Notes under the pieces: generated by a model
What the model was told of the DNA's origin: nothing
What the model saw: the letters and a program-made list of their open reading frames with translations, nothing else
Database searches by the model: none
Made by a program: the position numbers and the translations under genes
From: an uncultured delta proteobacterium
Lineage (GTDB): Bacteria > Myxococcota_A > UBA9160 > UBA4427
Length of the DNA stretch: 64,000 bases
Reading direction: 5' to 3'
Assembly: GCA_963822965.1 (NCBI GenBank)
Contig: CAWGJT010000005.1
Span: forward strand, 1,920,001 to 1,984,000
In this document: positions 30,889 to 40,393 of the stretch, in pieces
Position numbering within the stretch: the first letter of the stretch is position 1
Layout: the number at the start of each line of letters is the position of its first letter

Positions 30889-31452
30889 TCAGAAGCGCTT
30901 CACTCCGCGCTCGAGGTCGGCCTGGATCTTCCGGTCGACCTCGGCCCGAAGCTTGGCGCGCATGGCGGTGAGTCGGCCCGGCAGCCGTGCCGAGGCCACC
31001 TGGGTCCACGGCCGCTGCTCGGCGCCCCGGTGGAACCGCCGGAACTTCCGGAACGCGTGCAGCTCGTGCTTGAACTGCTCCTCGACGAACTTGATCATGA
31101 TGGCGTCGTCCAGGAAGCCGAGCACGGGGATGTCGTCCGGGATCAGGTCTTCGGCGTTGGCGAAGTAGGCGAGCGCCGCCAGCACCTCGTTGCGCACCTT
31201 CGCGGGTGCCGCGTAGTCCTCGTCCTCGATGATCTCGGTCAGGTCGTGCAGCGTCTCGATCGCTTCGAGCACGAAGCCGGGTGTCTTCTTGCTGCGCCGG
31301 ACGGTCTCGACGAGGTCCCTCGCCGACTTCAGGATCTCGGTCTGGTCCTGGTCCGAGATCGCCTTCTTGGCCTTGCGAAAGAGCGAACGGAAGTAGTTCG
31401 CGTCGTCTTCGTCGAGCTTGAAGGTGACCTTGAACGACGTGGCACTCATCAC
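30889..31452 (-). CDS. YkvA/DUF1232 family protein
   Basis: ALAYF...DLIPDDIPVLGFLDD signature. Confidence 0.9.
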   Translation of the reverse strand: MMSATSFKVTFKLDEDDANYFRSLFRKAKKAISDQDQTEILKSARDLVETVRRSKKTPGFVLEAIETLHDLTEIIEDEDYAAPAKVRNEVLAALAYFANAEDLIPDDIPVLGFLDDAIMIKFVEEQFKHELHAFRKFRRFHRGAEQRPWTQVASARLPGRLTAMRAKLRAEVDRKIQADLERGVKRF

Positions 31453-31562
31453 GGGCCTCCGAAGGGTGCTGGACTTCCGGACGGGGAAGGCACACGACCC
31501 CGCGGCGACCGGACTTTATCACAGGCGCCTTCGGTGGGCGCCGTGGAAAGGCCTCCTGGACG

Positions 31563-32903
31563 TCAGTAGCGACACGCTTCGATCAAGCGATCCACGGAGC
31601 CCTGCCACTCGCCGCGCCAGGCCGCGAGGATCACCTCTCCGGGGCTCGCACCGCGCTCGAGCACCTCTCGAATCGGATCCAGGAAGGAACGTTCGTCGGA
31701 AACACCGTCGCGCGCCGCAATCCGACGCAGCCCCTCGGACGAGATCTCCGTGAGCTCGCGGGCGAGATCGAGAATGGGGCGACCCGCCGCGGAGGCGGCC
31801 AGGCCGCGACGCGGCACGTCCGCCAGCAGCTGCTCGCGCTGCCTCGACGTGAATCGATCCACCAGCTTCCAGGCCGCCTCGCACGCCTGCGCGTCGTAGA
31901 GCACGCCCTTCCAGATCGCGGGCAGCGCGCAGATCAGCCCGGGCGGCACGGCGTCGGCGCCCCGCACCTCGATCACCCGCTTCAGGCGAACCTCGGGAAA
32001 GAGCGTGGTGAGATGGGTGTCCCAGTCGCCCAGGGTGGCACGATGTCCCTGGAAGCCGTGGGCGAGGAAGTGCCGGAAGGTCATCGGCGCGGCCGGCAGA
32101 TAGTGCTTGTCTCGCACGACGAAGAACATCGGGACGTCGAGCGCCCACTCCGCGTAGTCGCGGTAGCCGAACCCGCTCTCGAACACGAAGGGCAACGTGC
32201 CGCAGCGGTCGGGATCCATGTGACGCCAGATCTCGACCCGGCGGGTGATGAAGCCGCTCTCGCGGCCGGCGTGGAGGGGCGAGTTGGCGAAGATCGCCGA
32301 CACCACGGGGGAGCAGCCCATCCCGGTGCGCAGCTTCGACGCCATGTCGCTCTCGCTCGCGTAGTCGAAGTTGGCCTGCACGGTGGCCGTCGCGTGCATC
32401 ATCTCCATGGCGAGCTCGCCGCGGGTCGGCAGGTAGTCCCGCATGATGTCGTAGCGGGCCTTCGGCATGTGGGGGATCTCGGAGACGGGATGAAGCGGGT
32501 CGGCGCCGAGGGCCAGCCACACGATGCCCAGCTCGTCCCCCACCTCCTTCACGAGATCCACGTGCCGGCTGAACTCCCGGCAGGTCTCGCGGATCGACGC
32601 CAGCGGCGCGCCGGACAGCTCGATCTGCCCCCCCGGCTCGAGGGTGATCGAGGCGGCGTCCTTCTCGAGAGCGATCAGCTTCTCGCGCTCGTAGATCCGA
32701 CTCCATCCGTCCCGCAGGGCGATGCGCTCGAGCAGCGCGGCGATGCCGCGCTCTCCGCCGTAGGGAACCCGCTCACGGGTGTCGGCGAAGATCCCGATCT
32801 TCTCATGCTCCGTACCCACCCGGAACGCTTCGACCGGCTTCTCGCTCTGCCGGAAGTAGTCCAGCAGGTCGTCGACGGTTGCGACCGTCTGCTCTCCGTT
32901 CAT
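31563..32903 (-). CDS. gshA: Glutamate--cysteine ligase (plant/alphaproteobacterial type)
   Basis: GTEHEK, TLEPGGQIELSG, MPKARY and HLTTLFPEVRLK...EVRGAD motifs. Confidence 0.93.
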   Translation of the reverse strand: MNGEQTVATVDDLLDYFRQSEKPVEAFRVGTEHEKIGIFADTRERVPYGGERGIAALLERIALRDGWSRIYEREKLIALEKDAASITLEPGGQIELSGAPLASIRETCREFSRHVDLVKEVGDELGIVWLALGADPLHPVSEIPHMPKARYDIMRDYLPTRGELAMEMMHATATVQANFDYASESDMASKLRTGMGCSPVVSAIFANSPLHAGRESGFITRRVEIWRHMDPDRCGTLPFVFESGFGYRDYAEWALDVPMFFVVRDKHYLPAAPMTFRHFLAHGFQGHRATLGDWDTHLTTLFPEVRLKRVIEVRGADAVPPGLICALPAIWKGVLYDAQACEAAWKLVDRFTSRQREQLLADVPRRGLAASAAGRPILDLARELTEISSEGLRRIAARDGVSDERSFLDPIREVLERGASPGEVILAAWRGEWQGSVDRLIEACRY

Positions 32904-33535
32904 CCGCGGGACTCCGGGTCGTACAGCGCCGGGTGCAGGAAGCGCACCAGCGCACATAGTACGGCCTGCCGTGCGTAGTCGCTGCGCGGCAGGACGCCGA
33001 GGCTCAGCTTGCCGATGTTGCCCACCCCCCGCGCCGAGGGAAGCGCTCCGGCCGGGCCGGCCGCGCCGCCCCGGTAGGCGGCGAAGACCCGGTCGAAGAC
33101 CTCACCGATGGGCTCGCGCCGGTCGAGCGCCGGGGCGACGCACTGCGGCGGGTAGGCGAAGCCGGCCGACAGGCCGAGGGCCTCCCGGTGGCCGTCGGTG
33201 ACGAACGCGCAGCCGACGTTCAGCACCTCGCCGGGACCGGACGCCAGGGGAAGCTCCACGAGGCCGTCCTCGATCCCCAGCGCCAGCTCGCAGGCGCCGG
33301 CCTCCCGGGCGCGCCGGGCGCGGTTGCGGGCGCCGGACACGATCTCGTCGTAGCCCACGGGCTGCTCGGACACCCCGCTCTCGACCTGCGCGCCCGCGAC
33401 CTCCACCCGGGGCGCATAGGGGGCGAGCGCGGCGCGGACCGCCTCGAGCTTGGGCTCGTTCAACGTGCCGACCCGCACGGTGCGCAGGTGCAGCAGGGGA
33501 GACCACTCGGCGGCGGCCGCGGCGTCCGCCCTCAC
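32900..33535 (-). CDS. yjjX: Inosine/xanthosine triphosphatase (YjjX/DUF84)
   Basis: VGTLNEPK, SGVSEQP, GARNRA, GIEDG and GNIGKLS motifs; coupled to both neighbours. Confidence 0.85.
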   Translation of the reverse strand: MRADAAAAAEWSPLLHLRTVRVGTLNEPKLEAVRAALAPYAPRVEVAGAQVESGVSEQPVGYDEIVSGARNRARRAREAGACELALGIEDGLVELPLASGPGEVLNVGCAFVTDGHREALGLSAGFAYPPQCVAPALDRREPIGEVFDRVFAAYRGGAAGPAGALPSARGVGNIGKLSLGVLPRSDYARQAVLCALVRFLHPALYDPESRG

Positions 33536-33954
33536 GGCGTCGCAGCGTCCTCGACGAAGGAGCAGACGAAGCTCTCGAGCGCGGCGTCGAACTCGACGCT
33601 GGGGGTCAGGGGAAAGCTCCGGCACGGGCCCTCGGGCTTGCCCGCCCGGAAGGGACCGACCAGGGTCACCTCGCCCCGGCTCTTCACGGTCACGATGGCT
33701 CGATGGCGCCCTCGGCCGAGCTCGAACTCGCAGGAACGCACGTGCTTGTCGTCGACCCGCACCGGCGACACCCGAAGCTCGAGATGGGGTGCGCCCGCCT
33801 TGCGGGCCGCCGCGTGGAAGCGGGTGACGGCGTCGGCCACCCGGGTGCGCAGCTCCTCGGCCCGAGCGCGGGCCTGCCCGATTCCCTCGCCGTGGGCGGC
33901 CTCCCGCTCTCCCAGCTCGCGACCCAGCTCCTCGAGACGCTCTCCCAGACCCAT
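33532..33954 (-). CDS. Hypothetical protein (N-terminal coiled coil + beta domain)
   Basis: GAGGAGG SD before ATG 33954; GTGA overlap with yjjX. Confidence 0.75.
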   Translation of the reverse strand: MGLGERLEELGRELGEREAAHGEGIGQARARAEELRTRVADAVTRFHAAARKAGAPHLELRVSPVRVDDKHVRSCEFELGRGRHRAIVTVKSRGEVTLVGPFRAGKPEGPCRSFPLTPSVEFDAALESFVCSFVEDAATP

Positions 33955-34126
33955 GGACCTCCTCGATCCCCGACCGTCGGACGCAAGCGCGAGCGTGGCG
34001 CCTTGGATGCCCGGCCTCCCGGGAGGGATTCCGGGGAGCCGGCCGGCACCGGTGCGGGACGGGCTCACGGTGGCCAGCGCCCTCGCGCAGGCGCGCGGAG
34101 CCGGGCGAGCCGCCCGGCGGCTTCGG

Positions 34127-35563
34127 TCAGAGGGCCTCGTCCGAGGCGGCGACCCGCCGGATGTCGAGGTCTGCCAGCAGCTGGTCCCGGGCGCTCGCGA
34201 ACTCGGGCGAGTGATCGAGGTCCACGGGGTTGCCGGCCGGGGCGCGAATCGACAGCGGGTTCACGTAGCGACCGTTCTTGGTGACCCGGAAGCAGACGTG
34301 GGGCCCCGTGGCGAGCCCGGTGTGGCCCACGTAGCCGATCACCTCCTTCTGATGCACCCGCTGGCCGACATGCAGGCCGTTCGCAAAGCGGGAGAGGTGG
34401 GCATAGTGGGACACGTAGCCGTTGGAGTGGCGGATCTTGATGAGATTGCCCGAGTCGCCCGCCCATCCCCGGAAGATCACGGTCCCGTCCGCCACCGACC
34501 AGAGCTGGGTGCCCTCGGCGGCCGCGTAGTCGACGCCCGGGTGCCGGCGCGTGATGTTCAGGATCGGGTGGCGGCGGGCGTTCGAAAACCCCGAGGAGAT
34601 GCGGCTGTAGCGGAGGGGTGCCACCAGGAAGGCGCGTTCGACGCTCGTGCCGTCCGGATGGAAGTAGCTGCCCCGACCCTTCTCGGTCTCGAAGTAGACC
34701 GCCGTGTAGTCGCCCACCGCACCGTCGTAGCGCGCGGCCAGGATGCGGCCGGGCCGGATGTAGACGTCTCGTCCGTCGTCGTCGGTGAGATAGAGCCGCT
34801 CGTAGAGGACCCGGAACGAGTCTCCGGACTTGACGTTGCGCGTGAAGTCGATGTCCCAGGCGAAGATCTCGGAGAAGTCGTCGGCGAGCTGCGGGTCCTC
34901 GCCGAGCGCCCGGACCGCGTCGTAGACCGAGGTGTCGACCAGCCCCGCCAGGGTGACGACGCGGGCCTGTAGCTTGGCGCGGTCCTTCCTCACCACGTAG
35001 CTCTCGCCGTCCCAGAAGAGATAGATGCTCTCCTCGAGGCTCGTCGAGTACCGGAAGTCCACCAGGTTGCCCTCGGCATCGAGCGCGAGGCGGTAGCGGT
35101 GGCCGGGGCGCGAGTGGCGGAAGTCGAAGAGCGGGCGGACCTCCTGGGAGATCAGGTGCACGACGGCATGCGAGATGCCCCGCTTGGCGAGCTCTCCGCC
35201 CAGCGACTGGCCCTCCTCGAGGGTGCCCTTCGTGACGACGATGAGCGAGGAGCTCCCCGGCTCGTCCACCTGCCCGAAGCCGGGCGCCGAGACGTGCGGC
35301 AGCTCGGCTTCTCGATCCCGGTCGGTGTAGGCCTCGGCGTCGGCGTGCAGGGGAAGCTCGTCGATCGAGATCGGCTCGAAGGCCGCCACCACCTTGCCGC
35401 GCTCGCTGCCGTCGCCCTGGGAGGCCCCGACACCGGAGACGAACGCCAGCGCGAACAGCACCGAGAGCACCACCCAGCGACGGGACACCGCCCTTGCGGG
35501 CGCTGCACCGTCCACCGGGTCGACTCCGGCTTCGGGCGCTTCCTGGCTGTGCGGCTCGAACAT
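34127..35563 (-). CDS. M23 family peptidoglycan DD-endopeptidase (MepM/Csd3-like)
   Basis: TM anchor; ISSGF...HPGVDYAA, YAHLS and TGPHVCF motifs. Confidence 0.92.
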   Translation of the reverse strand: MFEPHSQEAPEAGVDPVDGAAPARAVSRRWVVLSVLFALAFVSGVGASQGDGSERGKVVAAFEPISIDELPLHADAEAYTDRDREAELPHVSAPGFGQVDEPGSSSLIVVTKGTLEEGQSLGGELAKRGISHAVVHLISQEVRPLFDFRHSRPGHRYRLALDAEGNLVDFRYSTSLEESIYLFWDGESYVVRKDRAKLQARVVTLAGLVDTSVYDAVRALGEDPQLADDFSEIFAWDIDFTRNVKSGDSFRVLYERLYLTDDDGRDVYIRPGRILAARYDGAVGDYTAVYFETEKGRGSYFHPDGTSVERAFLVAPLRYSRISSGFSNARRHPILNITRRHPGVDYAAAEGTQLWSVADGTVIFRGWAGDSGNLIKIRHSNGYVSHYAHLSRFANGLHVGQRVHQKEVIGYVGHTGLATGPHVCFRVTKNGRYVNPLSIRAPAGNPVDLDHSPEFASARDQLLADLDIRRVAASDEAL

Positions 35564-35650
35564 CCGGCCCCTCCGGTCGGGATACGCGCGGCGTTATAGT
35601 TAGCCACCCCTACGCGGGAGCGCACGGCAGAAAGCTCCAGGAAAGAGGAC

Positions 35651-37315
35651 TTGCAGCGGATTCCCATCACCCGGCGCGAAGGCGCGTGCGGCCACCCGAA
35701 CGGGATCGGCGCGCGGCTCGCGCCCGTCTCGGGAAGGGCCCCTGGGGCACCCGGCCCCTTCGAGAGCCTCGCCCGCCGCCGGCGAACCCGTCCCGTCTGC
35801 ACATTTGCGCGGGTCTTTACCCTCGTCGTCTGTGTCGGTGTCGTCACCCTCGGGCCCGGACGCGCGCACGCGATCTGGCCGTTCGACCGCAGCGAGAAGC
35901 CCCTCGACGAGCGAGCTGCGGCGATCCTGTCCCGCGCGATCCGCATTCCCAGCACGAATCCGCCGGGCGGAGAGGCCGCCCTGGCCCGGTATCTCGTCGA
36001 CCTCGCCGAGGACGCCGGCCTGGAGGCCCGGATGGTCCGGACCCCCCGCAGCGCGGGGGCGACGAGCGAAGCGGAGATCGAGGCGAGCGATCGCGCGGCC
36101 GGCTGGGCCCGTCTTCGCGGCACGGGAGAGGCGCGCCCCATCGTGCTGCTGTCGCACCTGGACGTCGTGCCCGCCGAGCCCGCGGAGTGGAGCACGCCGC
36201 CCTTCGAGGGACGCATCGTCGGCGGACGCGTGATCGGTCGCGGCGCGCTCGACGCCAAGGGCGTCGCGGTCGTCCAGCTGTTGGCGCTGATGGAGCTCGC
36301 AAAGCGCGACGAGCCCCTGCGCCGCGACGTCATCTGGCTCGCGACCCCCGACGAGGAGAGCGGCGGCCTGCTGGGGGCGGGCTATCTGGTGGACGCGCAC
36401 CGGGAGCTGCTCGGCGACGCGGAGCTGCTCCTCACCGAGGGCGGCAACGTTCGGACCGGCACGCCCGGCTCGCCCGACGTCTGGGGTGTTTCCGTCACCG
36501 AGAAGAGCCCGTGCTGGCTCGAGCTGACCGCGCGCGGTGAGCCGGGCCACAGCTCTACACCCCCGCCCAACCCGGCCGTATCGCGCCTCATCGGCGCCCT
36601 CGACAGCGTGCGCCGCATCGAGACGCCCATCCGCGTGCTGCCCGAGGTGCAGCGGATGTACGCAGCGATGGCGCCGTTGGCCGAGCCCGAGGATCGCGCC
36701 GGCTACCGCGACCTGCGACGCGCGCTGGCCGAAGACGCGCGCTTCCGGCGACGCTTCCTGGACAACCCGGGCCGCAACGCCCTGGTTCGCGACACCATCT
36801 CGATTACCGTGCTGGTGGGCGCGCCGAGCACCAACGTCACGCCCGCGCAGGCCCGCGCCCACCTCGACGCCCGACTGCTGCCCGGCGAGAGCTGCGCGGA
36901 CTTCAGCCAGGCCATCGCGAACGTCGTCGCGAACTCGGCGGTCCAGGTCGAGACGCTGCTCTCGTTCGACTCGCGGAGCTCGCCGATCGATACGGAGCTG
37001 TTCCGGGCCATCGAGCGGGTCGCCACACGCGAGGACCCCGGCGCGCTGGTGGTCCCGCGCGTCATCGCCGGCTTCACCGACGCCCACTTCTTCCGCGACC
37101 TCGGCATCGTCGCCTACGGCTTCGTACCCCGTTGGCTGTCCGCCGACGACACCCGCGGAATCCACGGCCCCGACGAGAGCGTGACGATCGAGAACCTGGC
37201 GCGGGGTACCCGGACGCTCGTGGCTGTCGTCGAGGAGCTGGCGGCGCCCGTTGATGAGCTGGCGGCGCCCGTTGATGAGCTGGCGGCGCCCGTTGATGAG
37301 CTGGCGGCGCCCTGA
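35651..37315 (+). CDS. M20/M25/M40 family metallopeptidase, probably exported
   Basis: SHLDVVP, GRGALDAK, DEE, GFTD and IHGPDE motifs; signal-like segment ending AHA; start uncertain. Confidence 0.9.
   Translation: MQRIPITRREGACGHPNGIGARLAPVSGRAPGAPGPFESLARRRRTRPVCTFARVFTLVVCVGVVTLGPGRAHAIWPFDRSEKPLDERAAAILSRAIRIPSTNPPGGEAALARYLVDLAEDAGLEARMVRTPRSAGATSEAEIEASDRAAGWARLRGTGEARPIVLLSHLDVVPAEPAEWSTPPFEGRIVGGRVIGRGALDAKGVAVVQLLALMELAKRDEPLRRDVIWLATPDEESGGLLGAGYLVDAHRELLGDAELLLTEGGNVRTGTPGSPDVWGVSVTEKSPCWLELTARGEPGHSSTPPPNPAVSRLIGALDSVRRIETPIRVLPEVQRMYAAMAPLAEPEDRAGYRDLRRALAEDARFRRRFLDNPGRNALVRDTISITVLVGAPSTNVTPAQARAHLDARLLPGESCADFSQAIANVVANSAVQVETLLSFDSRSSPIDTELFRAIERVATREDPGALVVPRVIAGFTDAHFFRDLGIVAYGFVPRWLSADDTRGIHGPDESVTIENLARGTRTLVAVVEELAAPVDELAAPVDELAAPVDELAAP
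37235..37312 (+). repeat. 21-bp tandem repeat x3.7 encoding ELAAPVD
   Basis: GAGCTGGCGGCGCCCGTTGAT x3 plus 15 bp, directly before the TGA. Confidence 0.97.
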
Positions 37316-37342
37316 GGCGAGCGCGCGGACGGCGAGTGCCGG

Positions 37343-38674
37343 CTACTCCTCGCGGAGCTTCTGGATCGCCTCGTGGAGCGTCTCGAACAGCGGCTCCACG
37401 TCCTCCACCTCCAGGCACGAGAACGCGATCCGGATGTCCGTGGGGCTCGTCGCGATGAGGCCGGTGCCGTAGTGCTCGAGCAGGTGCACCCGCAGCTTCT
37501 CGGCGTCGACCCCGGTCACCCGCACCAGCATGAAGTAGCCGCTGTTGAACGGATACACCTGCCAGCTCTCCGCGAAGCGCGGAGCGTTCGCCACCTCGAA
37601 CACCTTCGCCGCACGCCGCCGCAGGATCTCGCACTTCTCCTTGCGCTCGGCGTCGATCGTCGGCGAGCCGAGGGCCTTCTCGACCAGGGTCTGTGAGAGC
37701 TGCGGGACGTTCGAGATGTTGGCGCGGATGGCGCCGCGGGTCTTGGCGTCCAGCACGTCGCAGGCGGTCTGGGCGCCCTCGCGGCGTCCGGGCCCGAAGG
37801 TCACGAAGCCGCAGCGCAGGCCCCACACGAAGAGCTCCTTGGTGGCGCCGTCGAGCTTCACCGCCAGCAGGTTGGGGTGGCGGTTCGCGAGCAGGCCGAA
37901 GAGCGACTCGGTCATCGATTCGCCGCCCAGGTGATAGAAGAGACCGAAGTAGGCGTCGTCGGTCACCGCCACGATCTTCGTGCCCGCGGCGGCCTGGGCG
38001 ACGAGGGCCTCGCTGATCGCGCGACCCTCCTCCGGCGTCGGCATGTAGCCGGTCGGGTTGTTCGGGAAGTTGAGCAGCACGACGAGCTTCTCGCGCCCGG
38101 CCGCATGGCGGGCCAGCTCCTGGCGGAACCCCTCGACGTTGAACCCGCTGCCCGCGTAGAACGGGAAGGTGGCCACCTCGGCACCGAGCTGGACCTCGAA
38201 GCGGAGCCGGTAGTTGCCCCACAGCTTGTCGGGCAGGAGCAGCAGGTCGCCGGGGTCGACGAAGAGATCGCCCACCAGCGAGAGGCCATGGGTGATGGCG
38301 TTCGTCGTGATGGGCAGGCCGAACACCTTGTCCTCGAGGCTCGGGTTCTCGGCCAACAGCTTCGCGCGCCAGCGCGCGCGCAGGCCCGGACGACCGGCGG
38401 GCGGCGCGTAGTTGAAGACGTCCTTCGGATCGAGGCCGACGATGTGCTGCTGGATGGACTGCAGGTACATCGGTCCGGCGCCTTCCGTGGCGATACCGAT
38501 GGTGGCATTGAACCGGTGCGCCTTCTCCTTGGCTTCGGCGCTCTGGGACAGGATGCCCTTCGGAAAGTAGGCGCGTCGCCCGAACGCGGAGAGCATCGCC
38601 AGGATCTCGGGCGCGGCGCTCTCGAGCTGCTCGTTGAGCTGGGCGGCAAGGGGATTCAGGGCCGGCTCGGCCAT
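37343..38674 (-). CDS. Class I/II PLP aminotransferase (resembles the staphylococcal AspB type)
   Basis: FPKGILSQSAEAK, NATIG, NFPNNPTG, DDAYFG and GATKE...GLRCG motifs. Confidence 0.9.
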   Translation of the reverse strand: MAEPALNPLAAQLNEQLESAAPEILAMLSAFGRRAYFPKGILSQSAEAKEKAHRFNATIGIATEGAGPMYLQSIQQHIVGLDPKDVFNYAPPAGRPGLRARWRAKLLAENPSLEDKVFGLPITTNAITHGLSLVGDLFVDPGDLLLLPDKLWGNYRLRFEVQLGAEVATFPFYAGSGFNVEGFRQELARHAAGREKLVVLLNFPNNPTGYMPTPEEGRAISEALVAQAAAGTKIVAVTDDAYFGLFYHLGGESMTESLFGLLANRHPNLLAVKLDGATKELFVWGLRCGFVTFGPGRREGAQTACDVLDAKTRGAIRANISNVPQLSQTLVEKALGSPTIDAERKEKCEILRRRAAKVFEVANAPRFAESWQVYPFNSGYFMLVRVTGVDAEKLRVHLLEHYGTGLIATSPTDIRIAFSCLEVEDVEPLFETLHEAIQKLREE

Positions 38675-38755
38675 GCTGCGGTTCCTCTTTGGACCCCGGC
38701 TCCGGGACCCTGCGAGCGGGAAGGTCGGCCGGGCGGCTCCGACCGGGCGTGGAGG

Positions 38756-39280
38756 TTACAGACGCTTGTGGAGCACGTCCATGAAGTCGCCGAATCCGAG
38801 CGCGCGCCAGAAGCCCTGCCCCTCGGCGTTGCCGTGCGCGACCTGCACCTCGACCCGCTCCACGCCGCTCGCGGCCACCCATCGCAGGGCCTCCCGAACG
38901 AGCAGCCGACCGATGCCCCGCCGCCGCAGGCTCTCCCGGACGCCCACGTCGGTGATCTCCGCGCGCTCCACCTCCTGCAGGATGGGCGGGGCGTGGTCGA
39001 TGCGGACGATGCACATGCCCTGGAGGTCGCCGTCCACGTCGTAGACCAGGATCTCGGCGTCCCGGTCGCGCAGCAGGGCCGAGAGCAGCTCCCGCAGCTC
39101 GCCGGCGGCGTCGGGACGCATGGTGAACAGCGGGTCGAGGTGGGCGTGATGGTGCGTGATCGCGCTCCACAACGCGGCGACCCGATCGAGGTCCTGCATG
39201 CGGGCAGGACGGACCACCCCGGCACGGGGCTCCCCCGAGCCGGCGGCGCGCTCCCCCGGAATGGCTTCGGGATTCCTCAC
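38756..39280 (-). CDS. GNAT family N-acetyltransferase
   Basis: VRESLRRRGIGRLL and N...FWRALGF motifs. Confidence 0.9.
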   Translation of the reverse strand: MRNPEAIPGERAAGSGEPRAGVVRPARMQDLDRVAALWSAITHHHAHLDPLFTMRPDAAGELRELLSALLRDRDAEILVYDVDGDLQGMCIVRIDHAPPILQEVERAEITDVGVRESLRRRGIGRLLVREALRWVAASGVERVEVQVAHGNAEGQGFWRALGFGDFMDVLHKRL

Positions 39281-39327
39281 GAGCTGCTCATGCCCTCCGC
39301 CTTCGATCCCGGCCTGCGGCCCGGCTG

Positions 39328-40134
39328 CTATTCCGGATGCCGTTCCGACTCCCGAGCGGGCCCCGGGGCCTTCGCGCCGCCGATCACGTCCACCTCACCG
39401 GCGCGGCGCAGCACGAAGGTGCCGTGCCGGGTCCCATCCCGCACGAACGAGCCGCGCACCTCCCGCCCGTCGGCGCTCACGCTCTCGGCCACGTAGCGGG
39501 TGCGACCCTCGACGTTCTCCGTCCCCGCCGAGCCCATCGAGACCGCCTGGGTGAAGACCGGGCGGGCCGGCAGGCCCTCGACGCTCCACGACTCGCTGTA
39601 GCCGATCACGCCGATCGACTCGGACTGGAGCCCCCCGGCGGAGCGGTAGCCCGAGCGCGCCGTGCCGCGCAGCCCCTTCGAACGCGAGCCGCGCGCGTCC
39701 ACCTGAAGGCCCTTCTCGATCTCCGCGCGCTGTGCCTCGTTCGGCTCCCAGGCGTGCAGGGTGCGCGCCGGCCGGCCGTCGCCGGTGGTCTCGAAGCGTC
39801 CGGTCTCGTCCCGGAAGACGACGGTCGGGAACACCGTCCACTGCAGCCGGCTTCCCCGCCGCTCGAAGTGCCAGACACAGTCTTCCCAGCGACTCACATC
39901 CGGGTCGCCGCTCGCCTCGTCGCGATAGTGGATGGTGACGTGCCACCAGCCCCCGAGCTCCACGACTCCGTCCGCCGCGGACGCGCGGACCGGCAGGCAG
40001 GCCGCAGCACCGGCGCAGAGCCAGACGAGCCAGGCTCCCGCCGCAACGCCGATCGTGCTTCTTCTTTTTCCAGCCGGACGACTCGTCCGCGCTTCGCCGT
40101 GAGAGAATGAGACGCAGTTTGGCGTAGGCGTCAC
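39328..40134 (-). CDS. Hypothetical secreted beta-rich protein (start uncertain)
   Basis: Signal-like segment IGVAAGAWLVWLCAGAAA...ASA followed by protein-like sequence; no clear start codon close to it. Confidence 0.6.
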   Translation of the reverse strand: MTPTPNCVSFSHGEARTSRPAGKRRSTIGVAAGAWLVWLCAGAAACLPVRASAADGVVELGGWWHVTIHYRDEASGDPDVSRWEDCVWHFERRGSRLQWTVFPTVVFRDETGRFETTGDGRPARTLHAWEPNEAQRAEIEKGLQVDARGSRSKGLRGTARSGYRSAGGLQSESIGVIGYSESWSVEGLPARPVFTQAVSMGSAGTENVEGRTRYVAESVSADGREVRGSFVRDGTRHGTFVLRRAGEVDVIGGAKAPGPARESERHPE

Positions 40135-40320
40135 CGCGGAGATCGGCGACCGGGCGCGGCGCTTGCGCAAGAGACGGAAAGACTTTTCCCCATTTGTGAT
40201 GAGCGCCACTCCCGCAGGTCGTGCAAGCTCCGCGCCGGCGACCCTTCTCGTACCGGGGGATCCGACCCGAGACCGGTCGCTTGCGGAGCCCGCTGCGCAG
40301 CCACGAGAACGCACTGCGCT

Positions 40321-40335
40321 TGGCATATTGCTTGC
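40321..40335 (+). promoter_or_regulatory. sigma54 -24/-12 promoter
   Basis: TGGCATA-TTGC-TTGC with GG-N10-GC spacing, about 60 nt upstream of ATG 40394. Confidence 0.75.
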
Positions 40336-40393
40336 CCCGGTGCGCTCGGGGATCTGCGCTCCATTCGCGCCGATTTCCCGACCCCGAAACGCC

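Noticed and set aside
33955..34126. GC-rich hairpins as a possible ncRNA or riboswitch
   Set aside because: No recognisable conserved motif, and such pairing is expected at high GC
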